Assembly: GCF_038025025.1 (NCBI RefSeq)
Contig: NW_027117347.1
Span: forward strand, 1,798,001 to 1,862,000
DNA from: Phyllosticta citribraziliensis
Taxonomy: Eukaryota
DNA: 64,000 bases
Reading direction: 5' to 3'
Positions 10,073-22,600 of the stretch are shown here, piece by piece. Below the pieces are notes generated by a model that saw only the letters and a program-made list of their open reading frames with translations, searched no databases and was not told where the DNA came from. The position numbers and the translations under genes were made by a program. Position 1 is the stretch's first letter, and each line of letters starts with the position of its first letter.

Positions 10073-13000
10073 CTACTCAGAACCATCGTCAATATCGAAC
10101 CTCTCAGCCTTGAAATCAAGCTGTCCGACCCCTCTGTTCTCCATTATCTTCATTCCACTCTTAGATTGTGTCCATCCGCCCAGATCTTCCTCCTCGTTCA
10201 AGTACACCCCAATTGGCAGTGACGCTCGACCCTCGGGCTCTTGCATCCCTTCATGTTGCGCCACTTCCAAATTGTGGCCCTCACTGTCATGATTCCTGCC
10301 CTCTGGACCACATCCTTCGCAGTAGCTCAGTGGCTTGCCATGTCTCAGCGGCTCCGAGCCAATGAGCACCTTCGCCGGCATTGCTGCGGTTTCGGGGAAG
10401 AAGCGCACGCTCCGTACCGTAGAAGTGGAGGGCAGGAATACAATGTCGCGTGGTTCAGCCACGGTAGGATCTTTTCGTGGTGGGTCTTTTCTGGCGGCAC
10501 TGGAGGGAGTAGCCGAATGCTGTGTCATTTTGCCTTTGCCAAATCCTTCAGGGAATAGGCCAACACGCTGCACATAGACCGCCTTCTCGCTTCGAGTCAC
10601 ATAAAGATACTCTGGTGTCCACGTCAAAGTCAGGGGAAGGCGGCGTACCGGAAACTTTCGCACAATTCCAAGAAGGATCTTTTCCCGGCGAATTTGCACC
10701 GGAACACTACGAGTTGGCCGTTTGTTGTCGAGGCGGTAGGTCGCGACAAACATGGAAACAAGGAGAAAGCCGGAACGGATGTCTATATCGCTTTGCGGCT
10801 TGTTCTTGGTTTTATTTCGTTGCTTTGGCTTGCGGTGGGCTTCGACGGTGGCGATGTGGAGGAATTTGCCACAGGGGGAGAAATGGCACTTGATGGAAAC
10901 CTGGCGGGTATAAGACTTTGAGGGCCTCAGTTTGCGGATAAAGTAAGTTTTTCTCTCGTAGTCCAGGAAGATGATGGTGCTCGGTCCAACAGGCCATACG
11001 ACCAAAGGATGCCTTGGGTGAATAGCAGGTGGAGAGTCAAAGAGTGGCAGGTGTAGGGGTTGTCTAAGCCGGAAGAGATGCTCCAATCCCGACTCTGACG
11101 TCCGGAAAATCTGAATGGATGCCTGGAGGTCTGTCCTTGTCTGCTTTTTGAGGTCTTGGAGTCGAATAGCTTGGATCATTCCAATTGGCAGGGTTTCGTT
11201 ATCGTCGCTCTCGCTGTCGTTCAGAGCGACATATGCCTCCTGGCCGTCAGAGTCATCGTCATGGAATCCCTTGCGGAACCGGGAAAAAATATTGCCTCCA
11301 AAGTCGCTCCCACTGCCCGGCTCTGACTCTGTCCCATCTGTTTGCTCTTCGACGGATGATTCGCTTGAAGAACTGTCGATATGCCCTTTGAAATGCTCAA
11401 GGAAGTTTTCGTCTGGCAAGATATCAGTAGCCTCGCTGGATGCTTCGCTCCAGCTCTCGTCTGCAGAGCTCCAACTATCTTCCGAGCTGATCGATGAGGT
11501 CTTATCGTTATGTCCATTCTCTTCACTGTCGGAACCGCCCTCATCAATGGGCCTTTGCTGCCTCGTCTCGAACAGATCTTGGACGTCCCTAACAGGGTCT
11601 CCATCTAGACCGCTCCTGGAGCCTTTTGTGCTATCTTTTCGACGAGTTGCAACGACTAGGATGCCTGGACGTGTTCTGAACTCCTCAAAGTTGATGGTAA
11701 TACGATCCTTTGGACTGATTCCAGGTTGCTGGGCAATGAACGCTCCCAGATTGTCTTGCACGAAAATAGCAGATCCAATACGTAGACTGCGACAGCCGTC
11801 CTCGAACGCAATCGGCTTCTCCTGGGTTCGCCTGGGACGCACGTCTCGATCTTCGACTGACAGATGAAATTGCCAATTCGCTTTCTCATCGACGTCAATG
11901 AATTGCCTCTTTTGTAAGATTGGAAAGTCTGTATCTTTGAGATTCCACGTCTCGCAGACAAATCGGAGGTGAGACTCTGCTGTGCGAGAACTGAAGCCTT
12001 TATTAGCAGTCACTTTTCTTTGAGAATGGGCCTCATGTGGACGTCTTGAGTCGAACTTACACAAACTGTAACATGTAGGCGAACTCCCCAGAGTCCGCAA
12101 AGCCATCGTAGCACTGAAATGTATTTTGAATGCTTCCAGGCTCGTTGCTTCCCAGTACGAAACTTTTGTATCGGCTTGACAGCTGAGACGTGAAACTATC
12201 TCCGCCCAAAGCATTGAACAAACATCTGTCTATCTCCCCTGGTAGTAGTGGGTTGATCGAATGGATACAATGTGGATTATCGCAACACCCACACTTGTAG
12301 AGATAGGACCACTCGTGGATGAATTCTCGATAATTCTGGCGTATCTGGTGCGCCTGGACTTCGGTATTCCATGGCGCGAACCGCTGAGGGTTCACCTTGC
12401 CTAGGGATAGTTTGTTGTAGGGCATTTCGCTGACCTGTAATTCCGAAAAGTGGCTTGCGACGAATTTGTACTGGAGGTGGGTCTGGTAGTTCGTTGAATC
12501 AAGGAAGCGAGACGCAAGGCTCTGTAGGTCTGGCGTTTGCTCAACTGCGTCAAGATGTCTCTTCCAGTATTTGGCAGAGTAGCGCAAGAAACCGTCCGAT
12601 TCGATAGATTCCCCGTCTGCTGTTTTCCACTCTCCATCGCGGAGTTTCAGGGGTTCCTTGAACCTCGGGTCGGAGAGGTAACGGACGCACACTTCAGCCA
12701 AGTGGTACTCTTCGATAGATGCGGTCGCGGTGGTTGAGGCGCCGTCTAACAGTATGTCAGGTCGGGAAATCAGAAAAGACTTTACTGTGGCATGAAACAA
12801 CTCGCAGAGAGGCGAATCGTCAATGCCAGTGTCCGTTGTCAAAATGAATGGAGGTAGAAGGCTTTCCAAAAGCAGTCTGTTAGGTCCAGCATCTGGGTCT
12901 TTTGATTCGGAGCTTTCCATCATGCAAAGTGCGTCTTTGAGCTCAGCGACTGAGACTCGACGCCGGGAGAAGCATACGATCGACAGGATTTTGCTGCAAC

Positions 13001-15095
13001 TACTGTTAGAACGATCAGGAATAGGAGATGATAGAAAGACCTTGCAATATCTCGATCCTTGCTCTGGTACGTGCGAGTGAACAGATGACTGTAGTAATCA
13101 TCTGGGGTCCAAGAGCTGCTTGTCTCCATAAACTGGCGGACATCTCGGCGGCTTCTGCGATTGCATACGTCGTCGATCATCAAACGAGCACAAAGGAAGT
13201 TTCCTCTGGCGGCGTCCCTTAAGTTCTGTGTCAGTTTGTCCAGGTCGTTCTGGCTGAGCTCAAACTTTTCGAACTTGGAGCGCTCTCTTTCAATGAATGA
13301 CTGCAGTGCCATTGAATTCTGGTCGCTCAGGCGGAGATGCACGTGGGACACCCTTTGGGCCTGCGTGAGGATGCCTTCACGGTCTTGACTGGAAACCCAA
13401 ACACGCACAGTGCCTTTCGGATTTGCGCTCGCCAAGGAGATCAAGCGGTTCAGTGCAGAGTCGGGACCATGAATGCTCCTTCTCTCTGGCACGTCTTCGT
13501 CGACCCCATCGATGAAAATGTACGTTCTCGAAAAACCGGCCGTTTCGATGATGGCACAGATCATCTTGACAATATTGTTCATCTCGTGCTTCGGGGTGTC
13601 CAAGAGATTTTGAATTGGGGGTGAAATGTCCTGTTTTGTTTTCCAAAGCCGCCTGAGCAGTTGAAGAGCGACATTCTGAAGCGTCTCCACCTCGGTGACT
13701 GTCTCGTCGAAGCGGTAGGAGAAGTATGCGACGGCTGGTGGCAGAGACATTTGCTTCATTCTCCGAACTAACTGAGAGCAGAGCACTGATTTTCCAGCAC
13801 CATGCTTCGCAGTCAGCCACATAATCGGATGCACAGTCGAGTTTGCGGTCCAATCCTGAAATTCCGGCGTGTGGTCGATCCAGTCCGATGCTTCCACAGG
13901 GTTGAGATCGAGGTGAGATGACTCTGTGCGCTCCACGAGTCCTTCAGAGGTACCGTCTCCAAGCCACTTTCTGGCAGATTTGTACAATTTCTCTTGGAGA
14001 ACGTCAGTCAGGAGCCAATGTGGTCTTGAGGTGGGGTTACGTTTGTCTCTTTCTTCCTCCCGCGCACGACGATTCATCATGTCTTTTACTCCGCCCAAGC
14101 GCGTGAAGCTTCTCTCATGTTGGTCAATCTTTTTGACCACTTCGTCAAAGTCACGCGTAGCTGAAGGGAGAAACGTCTTCGCCCAAAACTGCAACGCTTC
14201 AAGTTTGTAAGCATGGAGAATTTGCATCGGAATTCATCACTCACTGGGTCGTTTGCACTCTCTCCAGACAAGCGTACAAAATTTGACAACATTGAAACAT
14301 GAGTTGTAGAGTGCATCCCTTACTGAGTTGGAATCTCGGAAGAGGGCTTCGTATTTGTCGATCAGGTCGAGGTGTGTCTTGATGCGATCGAAATGCTCCC
14401 TGAACGTCTCGAGAATCTTCACTGCCCGATCCACGCTCTGGAGGACTTGATCAGCGCCTTCCAAATTTGAAGAAGATATCAACGGGTCAGTTACGAACGC
14501 TGATGACAATTTTCAAGCACCCCCAAATGATCGCACTTGGTGTTGGATCAGCCTGACAGATTGTGTCGATCACATTGTAGTGTCCGGTCAGGAATTCGAT
14601 GACGGGCTTGACGAATCGAAGGATGATTTTGGTTGACTTCTTGTCTGACGTTTTCCCCTCCTCGTTTTCTATCAGAGCAAGGAATGATTGTCTACTGACG
14701 GGGCCCTGTCTTTTGATTGTTTCGAGTTCGGCCAAAAGCTCTTTATCTTTTTTTGGGTCGCAGATGTTTCTTGCGTAATCATCGACAGCAGTCTCGAATA
14801 TCCTGATGGCCCCGGAAAACAGTCAGTCGGTTTGTCTGGGGAAAAGTAGGGGTCGAGGCTGGATAGCAAAAGTCGTGGCACGCGCGATCCAGAGTATCTG
14901 CGAATCAGGGCTTGAATGCTCCCTATGAGGTGTCGGCAAAGGCATACAGATGCTCCTATATTGACCTCTGATTTTATTGTGTGCCACGACTTTTGCGAAC
15001 TGGCCTTTGATGCTGCAAAAACGGCCTCACCTGCTGTTGGAAAAGGAGCCGCCGCCCGATAGGGAATTCGGGTTCGGGAAACCGCCAAATTTCAT
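10073..15095 (-). CDS. Large multi-exon NACHT (STAND) NLR-like protein: helical N-terminal domain, NACHT, long acidic/beta-rich C-terminus of unknown type
   Basis: Exons 14487-14735 ('VIDTICQADPTPSAIIWGCLKIVI'), 14237-14509, 12920-14227 (Walker A AKHGAGKS, Walker B IFIDGVDE, 'ARGNFLCARL'), 12057-12923 ('FLRYSAKYWKRH') and 10073-12214 can be joined by GT-AG introns without frameshifts. The exact start is uncertain; candidate ATG at 15095. Confidence 0.8.
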
Positions 15096-15626
15096 GATGT
15101 CTCAGTTGCGCAGTGAACATGGCCGGCTCGCCAGCCTTTTTTCTTTCTCATCTGGGCACACATACCTGAAGAAAAGGATCCGCAGATGCGCAGCAACGTG
15201 GGGCTTGGCGTCAGCGCGCCACCTTTTGATTGCTGTAATCGATGCCGTCTGAGCCTCAAAGCGGGGGTTGTGATCGCGCAACTGCCGCGATAAGCGGCTC
15301 TTTGGAGCCTGGTGGTGGGGGCCATGTCATTCAGCCTTGTTGTGGACTACGTGGTTGACTGGATTTCGATGAATGAAGATTTGAATGGCGTCTTTTGGAG
15401 CAATTGATTGGATAGAAGGGTTGAGCGTGTGGCAGAAATACAGCCTACAGCTCGCATTTACGATTTTGCGTGCAGAATCGCGTTGCGCACAGCCACCGAT
15501 GATATCGAGAGCCCCCAAAGTTTCGGCCTTAAGGAGCTCGCAGAGCGCTCTTGAATGATCAGTGTGCCGCCGACTGAGACACCTGTCCCCCACAAGCGAT
15601 CAATTCTCGATACCTCTGTCTCCATC

Positions 15627-17839
15627 ATGTCAGGAGAAGCAACAGGAGCCAGGGAAAGAAGTGATTCAAACGTCGAAGAAGTGAAGCGCATCAAGCGCGT
15701 GGACAAATAGTACTGTGACCGCTACCCGCAAAGTGATGGAGCTAACACAATGCGACAGCTTTGATTAGTAAGAGCGAACTCAAGATATTTGTCAGATACC
15801 TGTCTAACGGTTGATTGAAGTCGTACCTTTACGGAAAAGCAGAGGACATCGGCCAAGCCGCAGAAGAAAGAGCACAAGAATGGATTAGTGCTTGTTGTCC
15901 GAAGACACATAGGCGAAAAGGGGCGCCTGTCAAAGACAGACGTCGCAATCACCAGTCCAGCGTTGGCCACCGTTCTGGAGGAGCTTAATCCAGAAGTGGA
16001 AAGCTTGGAGCAGCTGGAGCCTCCTGTGGTATGTGCGATCCCGGGACTCTGTGCGTTTTGTGGGCTGAAACTGTGCAGGCCGATCCAGTGCTCTTCTACC
16101 ACTCACGCGGTGGACTGAACGACAGACTCCAAACTGAAAAGTCGAAAGACGATCGAAACGATGCACTGATCGATGCACTCGAAACCGCCCTTGAATACAT
16201 CCAGACTGATGAAGGGGAGACCGCCGCGAACATGGACAAGTTGCTCAGCAGGGGCGAGATAACTTGGGATCTTCTCTGGGCACTGTTCATTCCAGGCCGC
16301 CTTGTTTACCACTACCACGAGCTGACGCAACAAAAGCAGCTGGTTCGCTTCCGGAAGATGACCCAGAAAATGGATTATGGAGAAAGTCGATCGATGTACT
16401 GGAGTCTTGATTGCGACATGGTGGTTTTTGACGGTGAGAAGTTTGGTCTCGCCAAAATTAAGTTCTTCCGAATCCATCAGTACCCAGGAGCCCAAAGAAT
16501 CGTCGACCTTGTGGCATACCCATTGGAGTTTGTTGAGAACAAGGACGAGGTCTTCAACCATGCCGTGGCTCGAGGTATGCGCTATTCTGGCATCAGAAAA
16601 GCAACATACGTGGATTGCGACGGGCCCGCAATGAAGGAGATACTCAACGAAGACCTCAAAGAGAAACAATTCACCTTCCCAGTAAGCGAATCCCAGAATT
16701 TGCCTACGAAGCGTGTTGACTGGATGATAAGGCGTTCGGGAGGGCGATGATTGACGCAAAAAGCTTTCGGACATTCGAGCCCAACGCTACTTACAATTAC
16801 AACGTTTATAAGCAGCTGGCACCGGATCTCGACAGCGAGCTGTACGCGATTTGTAGTCCTGTCGTTATGGGATTCAGCTTTGGCACGAAGCAATGGGGTA
16901 AGTACCAGTAAACAAAATCACAGGGAAGCTTTGTTGAACGTACGCAGGCGGCCTGGGCATGGACTACTGCCATGAAGTCGCGTGGGGCAACGAATGCTTC
17001 CGTGACCTGGTGCTTGACCAAGACAAAAAGACGCTGGTACAAGCATTGGTGACACAACACAGCTCGAAGACCTTTGATGACATTGTTGCGGGAAAGGGGA
17101 AAGGGCTAATTGGGCTGCTGTGCGGCAGGCCCGGATGTGGTAAGACACTGACGGTAGAGGCGATCTCAGAGGAGACACGAAAGCCTTTATACGCTGTCAG
17201 TGCAGGCGAGCTTGGCACAAACCCTGCTGATGTTGACAAACGCTTGACCGAAGTTCTTGAGTTGGCAAGGCGATGGGGCGCAGTGCTTTTGCTTGATGAA
17301 GCCGACGTTTTCCTGCAACGCCGAAGCGACGCAGACATCGTGCGGAATTCGTTAGTGTCGATCTTCTTACGCCAGCTCGAGTATTACAAAGGGATTTTGG
17401 TACTCACCACGAATCGGATCGGCGCATTCGATGATGCCTTCGAAAGTAAGACATCCTTCCAACGAAATCGCAGTGGTGGCTGACAATCGCAGGTCGAATT
17501 CATTTCAGTCTCTACTATCCCGATCTCAACGCCGATTCCCGCAAGCAATTGTGGTCTTCGTTTCTTAAACGACTCAAAAGGGAAGCGCAGCTTGAGGTCC
17601 GCATCGATGCTGCTGAGATTGACGAACTCGCGCAACACGATCTCAACGGGAGGCAAATCAAGAACATCATCAGCAATGCTCTTTCAATTGCACTCCACGA
17701 GGGGTCTTCGAATGTCCGAATAGGTCACATCAGCACAAGTCTCAAGGTCCTCTGGGACTGGAGAAAGGCGGTGGAGCAAGAGGCGCCAGCGAGTTCTGCT
17801 TCTATTCCGGAGACTAAGACTGCCGGCCTAGCCTCGTAG
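15627..17839 (+). CDS. Fungal AAA+ ATPase with extended N-terminal domain (DUF7025/AAA type)
   Basis: 'EITWDLLWALF', 'DDIVAGKGKGLIGLLCGRPGCGKT' (Walker A), 'VLLLDEADVFL' (Walker B), 'LVLTTNR', 'LNGRQIKN'. ATG 15627. Several introns, including a 9-nt microexon at 15759-15767. Confidence 0.9.
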
Positions 17840-18105
17840 ACAGCACGGGGATATTGAGGGCCCCAGGCGTTATTGCACGTTTTATTCAGTTAGAACATAG
17901 CTATATTTCGAATTAGCGTCGTCTTGTCGAAGATGTGCGACTTACCTCCTAGAGCTACGCTTTGATGAAGAACAGGACAATTGAAGGCTCCCAAGTTTTG
18001 TGTCCGATGAGCTTGAAAGGGGCGGTTTTGATTCACCTAACAGCAGGCTGATCTTGAACAGCGACCGCTTCCACTCCTGTATGCTCCCAGGGCCTTGACC
18101 TGTGT

Positions 18106-18625
18106 CTACACCTCCTCGCGCTTCGCAATGTATTTCTTCAAGACGCCGATGATCTTCTGCGCATTTTTGAGCCGTTGCCGGATAATGCTCAAGTCTCTCA
18201 CCACCTTGTTGTACTCCTCGGCGGCTTCTTTTGCCTCCAGCTCGGTCTTATCCACAAAGTTCCTGACCATTCGAACGACATGCACTGCTTCACAAATCTG
18301 GGTGTGGTCACCCGTTCTTTCGGCGGTATCGAGGTGTGCTCTCATGCGAGTGCGGCAGCTGGTTTTTCTGTTGCGTGCTTGAGACTCCAGAAATTCGGAG
18401 TGGGCCTTCTTGGTTGTCAGAAGTCGGGTCGTCTCGTCTTCCTTGGATCGGAGTTGAAAAACGAGTTTGGCTTGCTGCGTCTTGAAGCGCTTCGCTCGCT
18501 CCAAACAAGAAGCACATGAGCTCGCCGGCAAGGTTTTGACTTTCTTCTGCTGATTGCGCGCCTTCGTTAGCACAGTCTGAACGATTTCAAAAGCTGCAAT
18601 GCTGTTGGCCCACCGGGCGGACCAT
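18106..18625 (-). CDS. Small coiled-coil protein of unknown function (MxxP family member 3)
   Basis: MVRP, then intron 18613-18550 (GTGGGC..GCTAAC..CAG), then QKKVKTL...HSEFLESQARNRK...TGDHTQICEAVHVV...EEYNKVVRDL. Aligns with the 6607-7122 product. Confidence 0.7.
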
Positions 18626-19643
18626 TTCCGAACCCCAGCATTCGCAACACAAGTAGCGAGCGACCGGAGAAAGCGCCGCAAGACAAAGACGACGCGAAAA
18701 CGCCAGCAAAATGAAAAGGTGAAGGTGTTGGCGGCAAGGCGCTGCGTGGTGGGCGCGCAGGTGGAGGTTGTTGACTGCGACGAGCAGGCGGCGAAGTCGC
18801 CAGTAGATGGCAGCAACACCACCGGCCATTGTGTGAAGCTCTCCTACAATGTGAAGTGAAACCATGTGAACGTCGAGCGTGTGCGAAAAGAAAGAATGAG
18901 TCGTGGCCAACCTGGATTCGAACTTGAAGCCAAACTCGCCCACCAATGCGGCAAGCTGTAGTAAATTACTTGGTCACATAAGGCTCGAATTGGATTGTTT
19001 TCGTGATAAATTAATCGAGGCCCAGGTGATTGATACCCGGCTACATAGGACGAGAATAAAGTAAAGCAAGCAGCAGGACAATACCATCACTCCTCGTCTG
19101 GCCGAGGAAAGAGGACGAGAAGACGGAAGGACAACAACATTCTTCGGCTGGCCAAGGAAAACAGAAGACGAGATGGTGAAAAGCAAAAAAAAAAAACTCT
19201 GTAATCAAGCAGCGCTAAGATTGAATCCTTAAGCCCAAATTCCAAGCTGAACTGAAGCAACTCAAATCCCTCGAGCGCACTGCTTGACGATCGTGCGCCT
19301 ATGCCACCGGCCGTCCTGGTACCGCCGGGCAACTCCTTACCCATATCTTGAGGAAGGGCTGACCAGGCCGTTTCCCCGCAATACAGTTGAGTAATTCATT
19401 ACAAGTGGTTATGAGGGCGACTTGTGGTCACCAGTGCCCCCAGCGCCAGACCTCGCTAACCCGAAGGCGCTATCCAACTCTGCCACTCTGCCATAGACGT
19501 AGGTTTGCTGCGGCGTTTGCATTTAAATGCTGCGCTGATTGTCTGCCTGCATTTCGGACACAGGCTCGGAAACACTCAAGCGTCGTTGAGGGAAAGTGGC
19601 CGGGAGCATTCAAGGCCGAGACTAAGCAAATAATAAAACGATT

Positions 19644-22600
19644 TTAACTAACGGACCTCGTCAGCTTAAATGTCAGTTGATCTGGACACGATCCCCCGAG
19701 ACCCGCCAGCTCTGTCTTCATCAACGTCATAGTTGCAGCCACCTTGCCCTTGTGTGCCTCAATTATGCCATCATAGAGCGCAAATATCTCCTTTTCGCAA
19801 GCTTCCTCTTTTCCGAGAACTAATCGGACCGACTGATCGTATGAGACGTGCCCAAAAGCTAATTGATCACTAGTCATGTCAATGTACCCTTCGAATATGG
19901 GCCCATTGTCAGCCGCTTCGACGTTGGAAGAATCAAGAGTGAGGGAGAATCCGGCGTCATCACTGGGAACATGCCAGCGCCCGTAAAGACCTTCAGCATC
20001 AACCATTTCGCCTCCAGCCTCAGCAGCGTCTAGAATGACTTCTCCCTCGTGTTTCTTTCTAGGGGGTGCAAGGGCACTATGTCGCAGTAGTAGCCTAGCA
20101 ACATCCATAGATCCCGCTCGGAAGGCAGCAAGAAATACCTCGGGCTGGTCATAGGCGAGATCGGCGTTGTGCCCGAGAAGAAACTCGACCACTTTATAAT
20201 GCCCACGTATGGCTGCGTTGCCAATGGGCGACAAATTGAACGCATCCAACCCTGACAAAGGGGAACCTGCTTCAACAAGCATGGAGACATCCTCCACTAA
20301 ACCATCATAACAAGCGAGATGCAATGCCGTTCTGCCGAATTTTGTTGTCTGAGTAGGGTCCGCATCAAAGCTCAGCAGCAATCGAATCATTTCCGTCGAT
20401 GACGCATCCGCGGCTGCGATCAAGGCGTTTTTGTAATAGCCCCCTGCTTGATTTACATCCGTTCCATTTCGGAGCAGGTATTCAGCAATGTCAAGGCTAC
20501 CTCCGTGAGCAGCCGCTTGTAGTGGGAATCCGTACAATCCGCCTTCTGCATCCAGGCTAAAGCCCATTACATGCCAACATTTGACAACATCCGTGAGCCC
20601 AAGGAGGGCAGCATAGTATATCGGGCTGGGATTCATAATCTTTCTTTTCACATTCCACCACAAAGGCCAATCTTCCCCGCAATGGTCAGTTATCTCAACC
20701 TCCCATGCCCAGTGTTTCCAATTTGATGATCTTAAAAGCTTTGACTCATATTCAAGGACATCAAGTGGCCTTTCAGTTTCCAAATAGACGTGTTTGAGCC
20801 AATATCCAGCAGCGTACACAAGGAACGGATAATTGCGCCATTGGAAATAATGAGGGGGCGGGAGTGTGGTGACGGGTTGCTCGAAGCTTTCTCGTGAAAA
20901 TGTCATGTTCAAGTCCTCGCCTTGCTTTCTGTCTCCAAAGCAATCAAAGCACAGATACCACAAGCAATGCCGACCGAGATTCATGTTCTCGCGGGCTGGG
21001 TCTGAGAAATCCGGCCACTCGACGGGATCCTGATGTGGTCGTAGAAGATACTCTTTGACCGAAAAATGGACAAAGTGCACAGTTCTTGTGTCAAAGTCCC
21101 ACCCTTGAGCGGTAACAAGTGATCCACAGGGTCGTTTGATGACATTTTCGAAAAAATCTTCATCGACACGGCCATCGACCCAGCAGGCTGGAAGCTTCTC
21201 TTTCGGGTATACTGAGCCTTTGTCTTCTGACTCCAGTATAAGGGCTTCCGCAAGCTCAGCCACGGTCAGCGGTCGGACAGCGTAAAGAACCCATCGAAAT
21301 ATGGCGGCGACACGGTCTCTGTCTCTCTTCAAGACTGATTTATGGAAAATCTTAGAGAGTTCCTTTTCATACAGCTGATCCATGCCTAGCGGCATCTCTT
21401 CCATGATGTTTTCAAGCTCATCTTCCGAGCAGGACGAGGACTGGATCTCTTCCTGCAAAAATCGTGTCCAGAGAAACATGCCATCGGATTTGTTGCATGC
21501 CTGATCTATCAACCGCGCGTGCAGTTGCTCGCTGTTTGGATGGGTTGACTCGAGAATTTCTTTGGAGTATGCGCGGATATCCGGTGTTGTGTCTTCAGGA
21601 GTGATCTGATGTTCGTAGAGTTTTGCGTCATTGGAGGAAGTGAAAGCGCTCAAGCCCTGCCTGATGTCGGGTATGTCTCTGCTGACAACAAGCACGCGTG
21701 CAGATGTTCCTTTGATGCTCTCTTTCAAATCTTGCAGAAATGTCTCCCTCGCCTTACTATTTCTCCATTTGATACTCTTGTCGACAGAAGAGCACTCGTC
21801 GAATCCATCTACAACAAAGGTAGTCTCATCAAGCACTTTTGCAATGCTCGTTACCAGTGGCCAAAGTCTCGAATTCGAGGACGGGTCAGCGTGGCTAGCC
21901 CCGCTAAGCAAGATTTTCTCCGCCGCTGGGATCGTTTCATCGCTCTGGTCGATCATCTGTGCAATCCAGGAGCGTAGGATCGCGTTGGTATCGTGCGATT
22001 TCTCAGAGTCAGAGGCAAAAAAATAGGCGACGCGTCTTGGAAACTTGTCGAGCAAGTAATCGACCACTCTCGCGGAGAGAATGGTCTTGCCAAAGCCGGG
22101 AGGGCCCTGAATCCACAATACCTGAGCTTGGTGAGGTCTCTCGGAGATCCATTCTTGGAACATCTTGGTGTCAAGGATCCAGTTGCAGGTGTCCCCGAAG
22201 CGCTCTCTGCGCGCTTGGTCGAGTCGCGCGTCGGTAGAGGGAGCATTCAGATGTTGTAAGAGCTTCTCACGTCTCGCTTTGACACCAACCAGTGATTCTT
22301 TGATCGGACTGATGTCAGCGTGGAGCGTTCCTACACCAGCTTGGATTGATTCAAGCGCCGCCAAGCTATCTTTTCATTGTGAGCAGAGTACCATGTGGAA
22401 TTCGATCATCCCATACCTTCTTGTGCGACCTTGTCAGAGAGGACATTAGCTGTAGTCTCATGTTCTTTGATGCTTTTCAAAAAGTCCGACGTTCTGTTCG
22501 TGTCTTCAGAAAAGCTGCGAAGCCATCTCTCTATCTTCACATTAGAGAAAGAATACCACAGCCATGATTTCTAGCGGACTGACTTGTTCTACTCTTGCTG

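Noticed and set aside
15028..15095. G/N/S/F-rich peptide MKFGGFPNPNSLSGGGSFSNSR at the candidate NACHT N-terminus as an amyloid signalling motif
   Set aside because: It does not match HRAM, PP or sigma motifs as I recall them and contains prolines. Its splicing into the gene needs weak donors, and no neighbouring effector carries a matching motif.
18626..18822. N-terminal part of ORF 18106-18822
   Set aside because: It has a non-ATG start and low-complexity sequence; the MVRP + intron model fits the family better.
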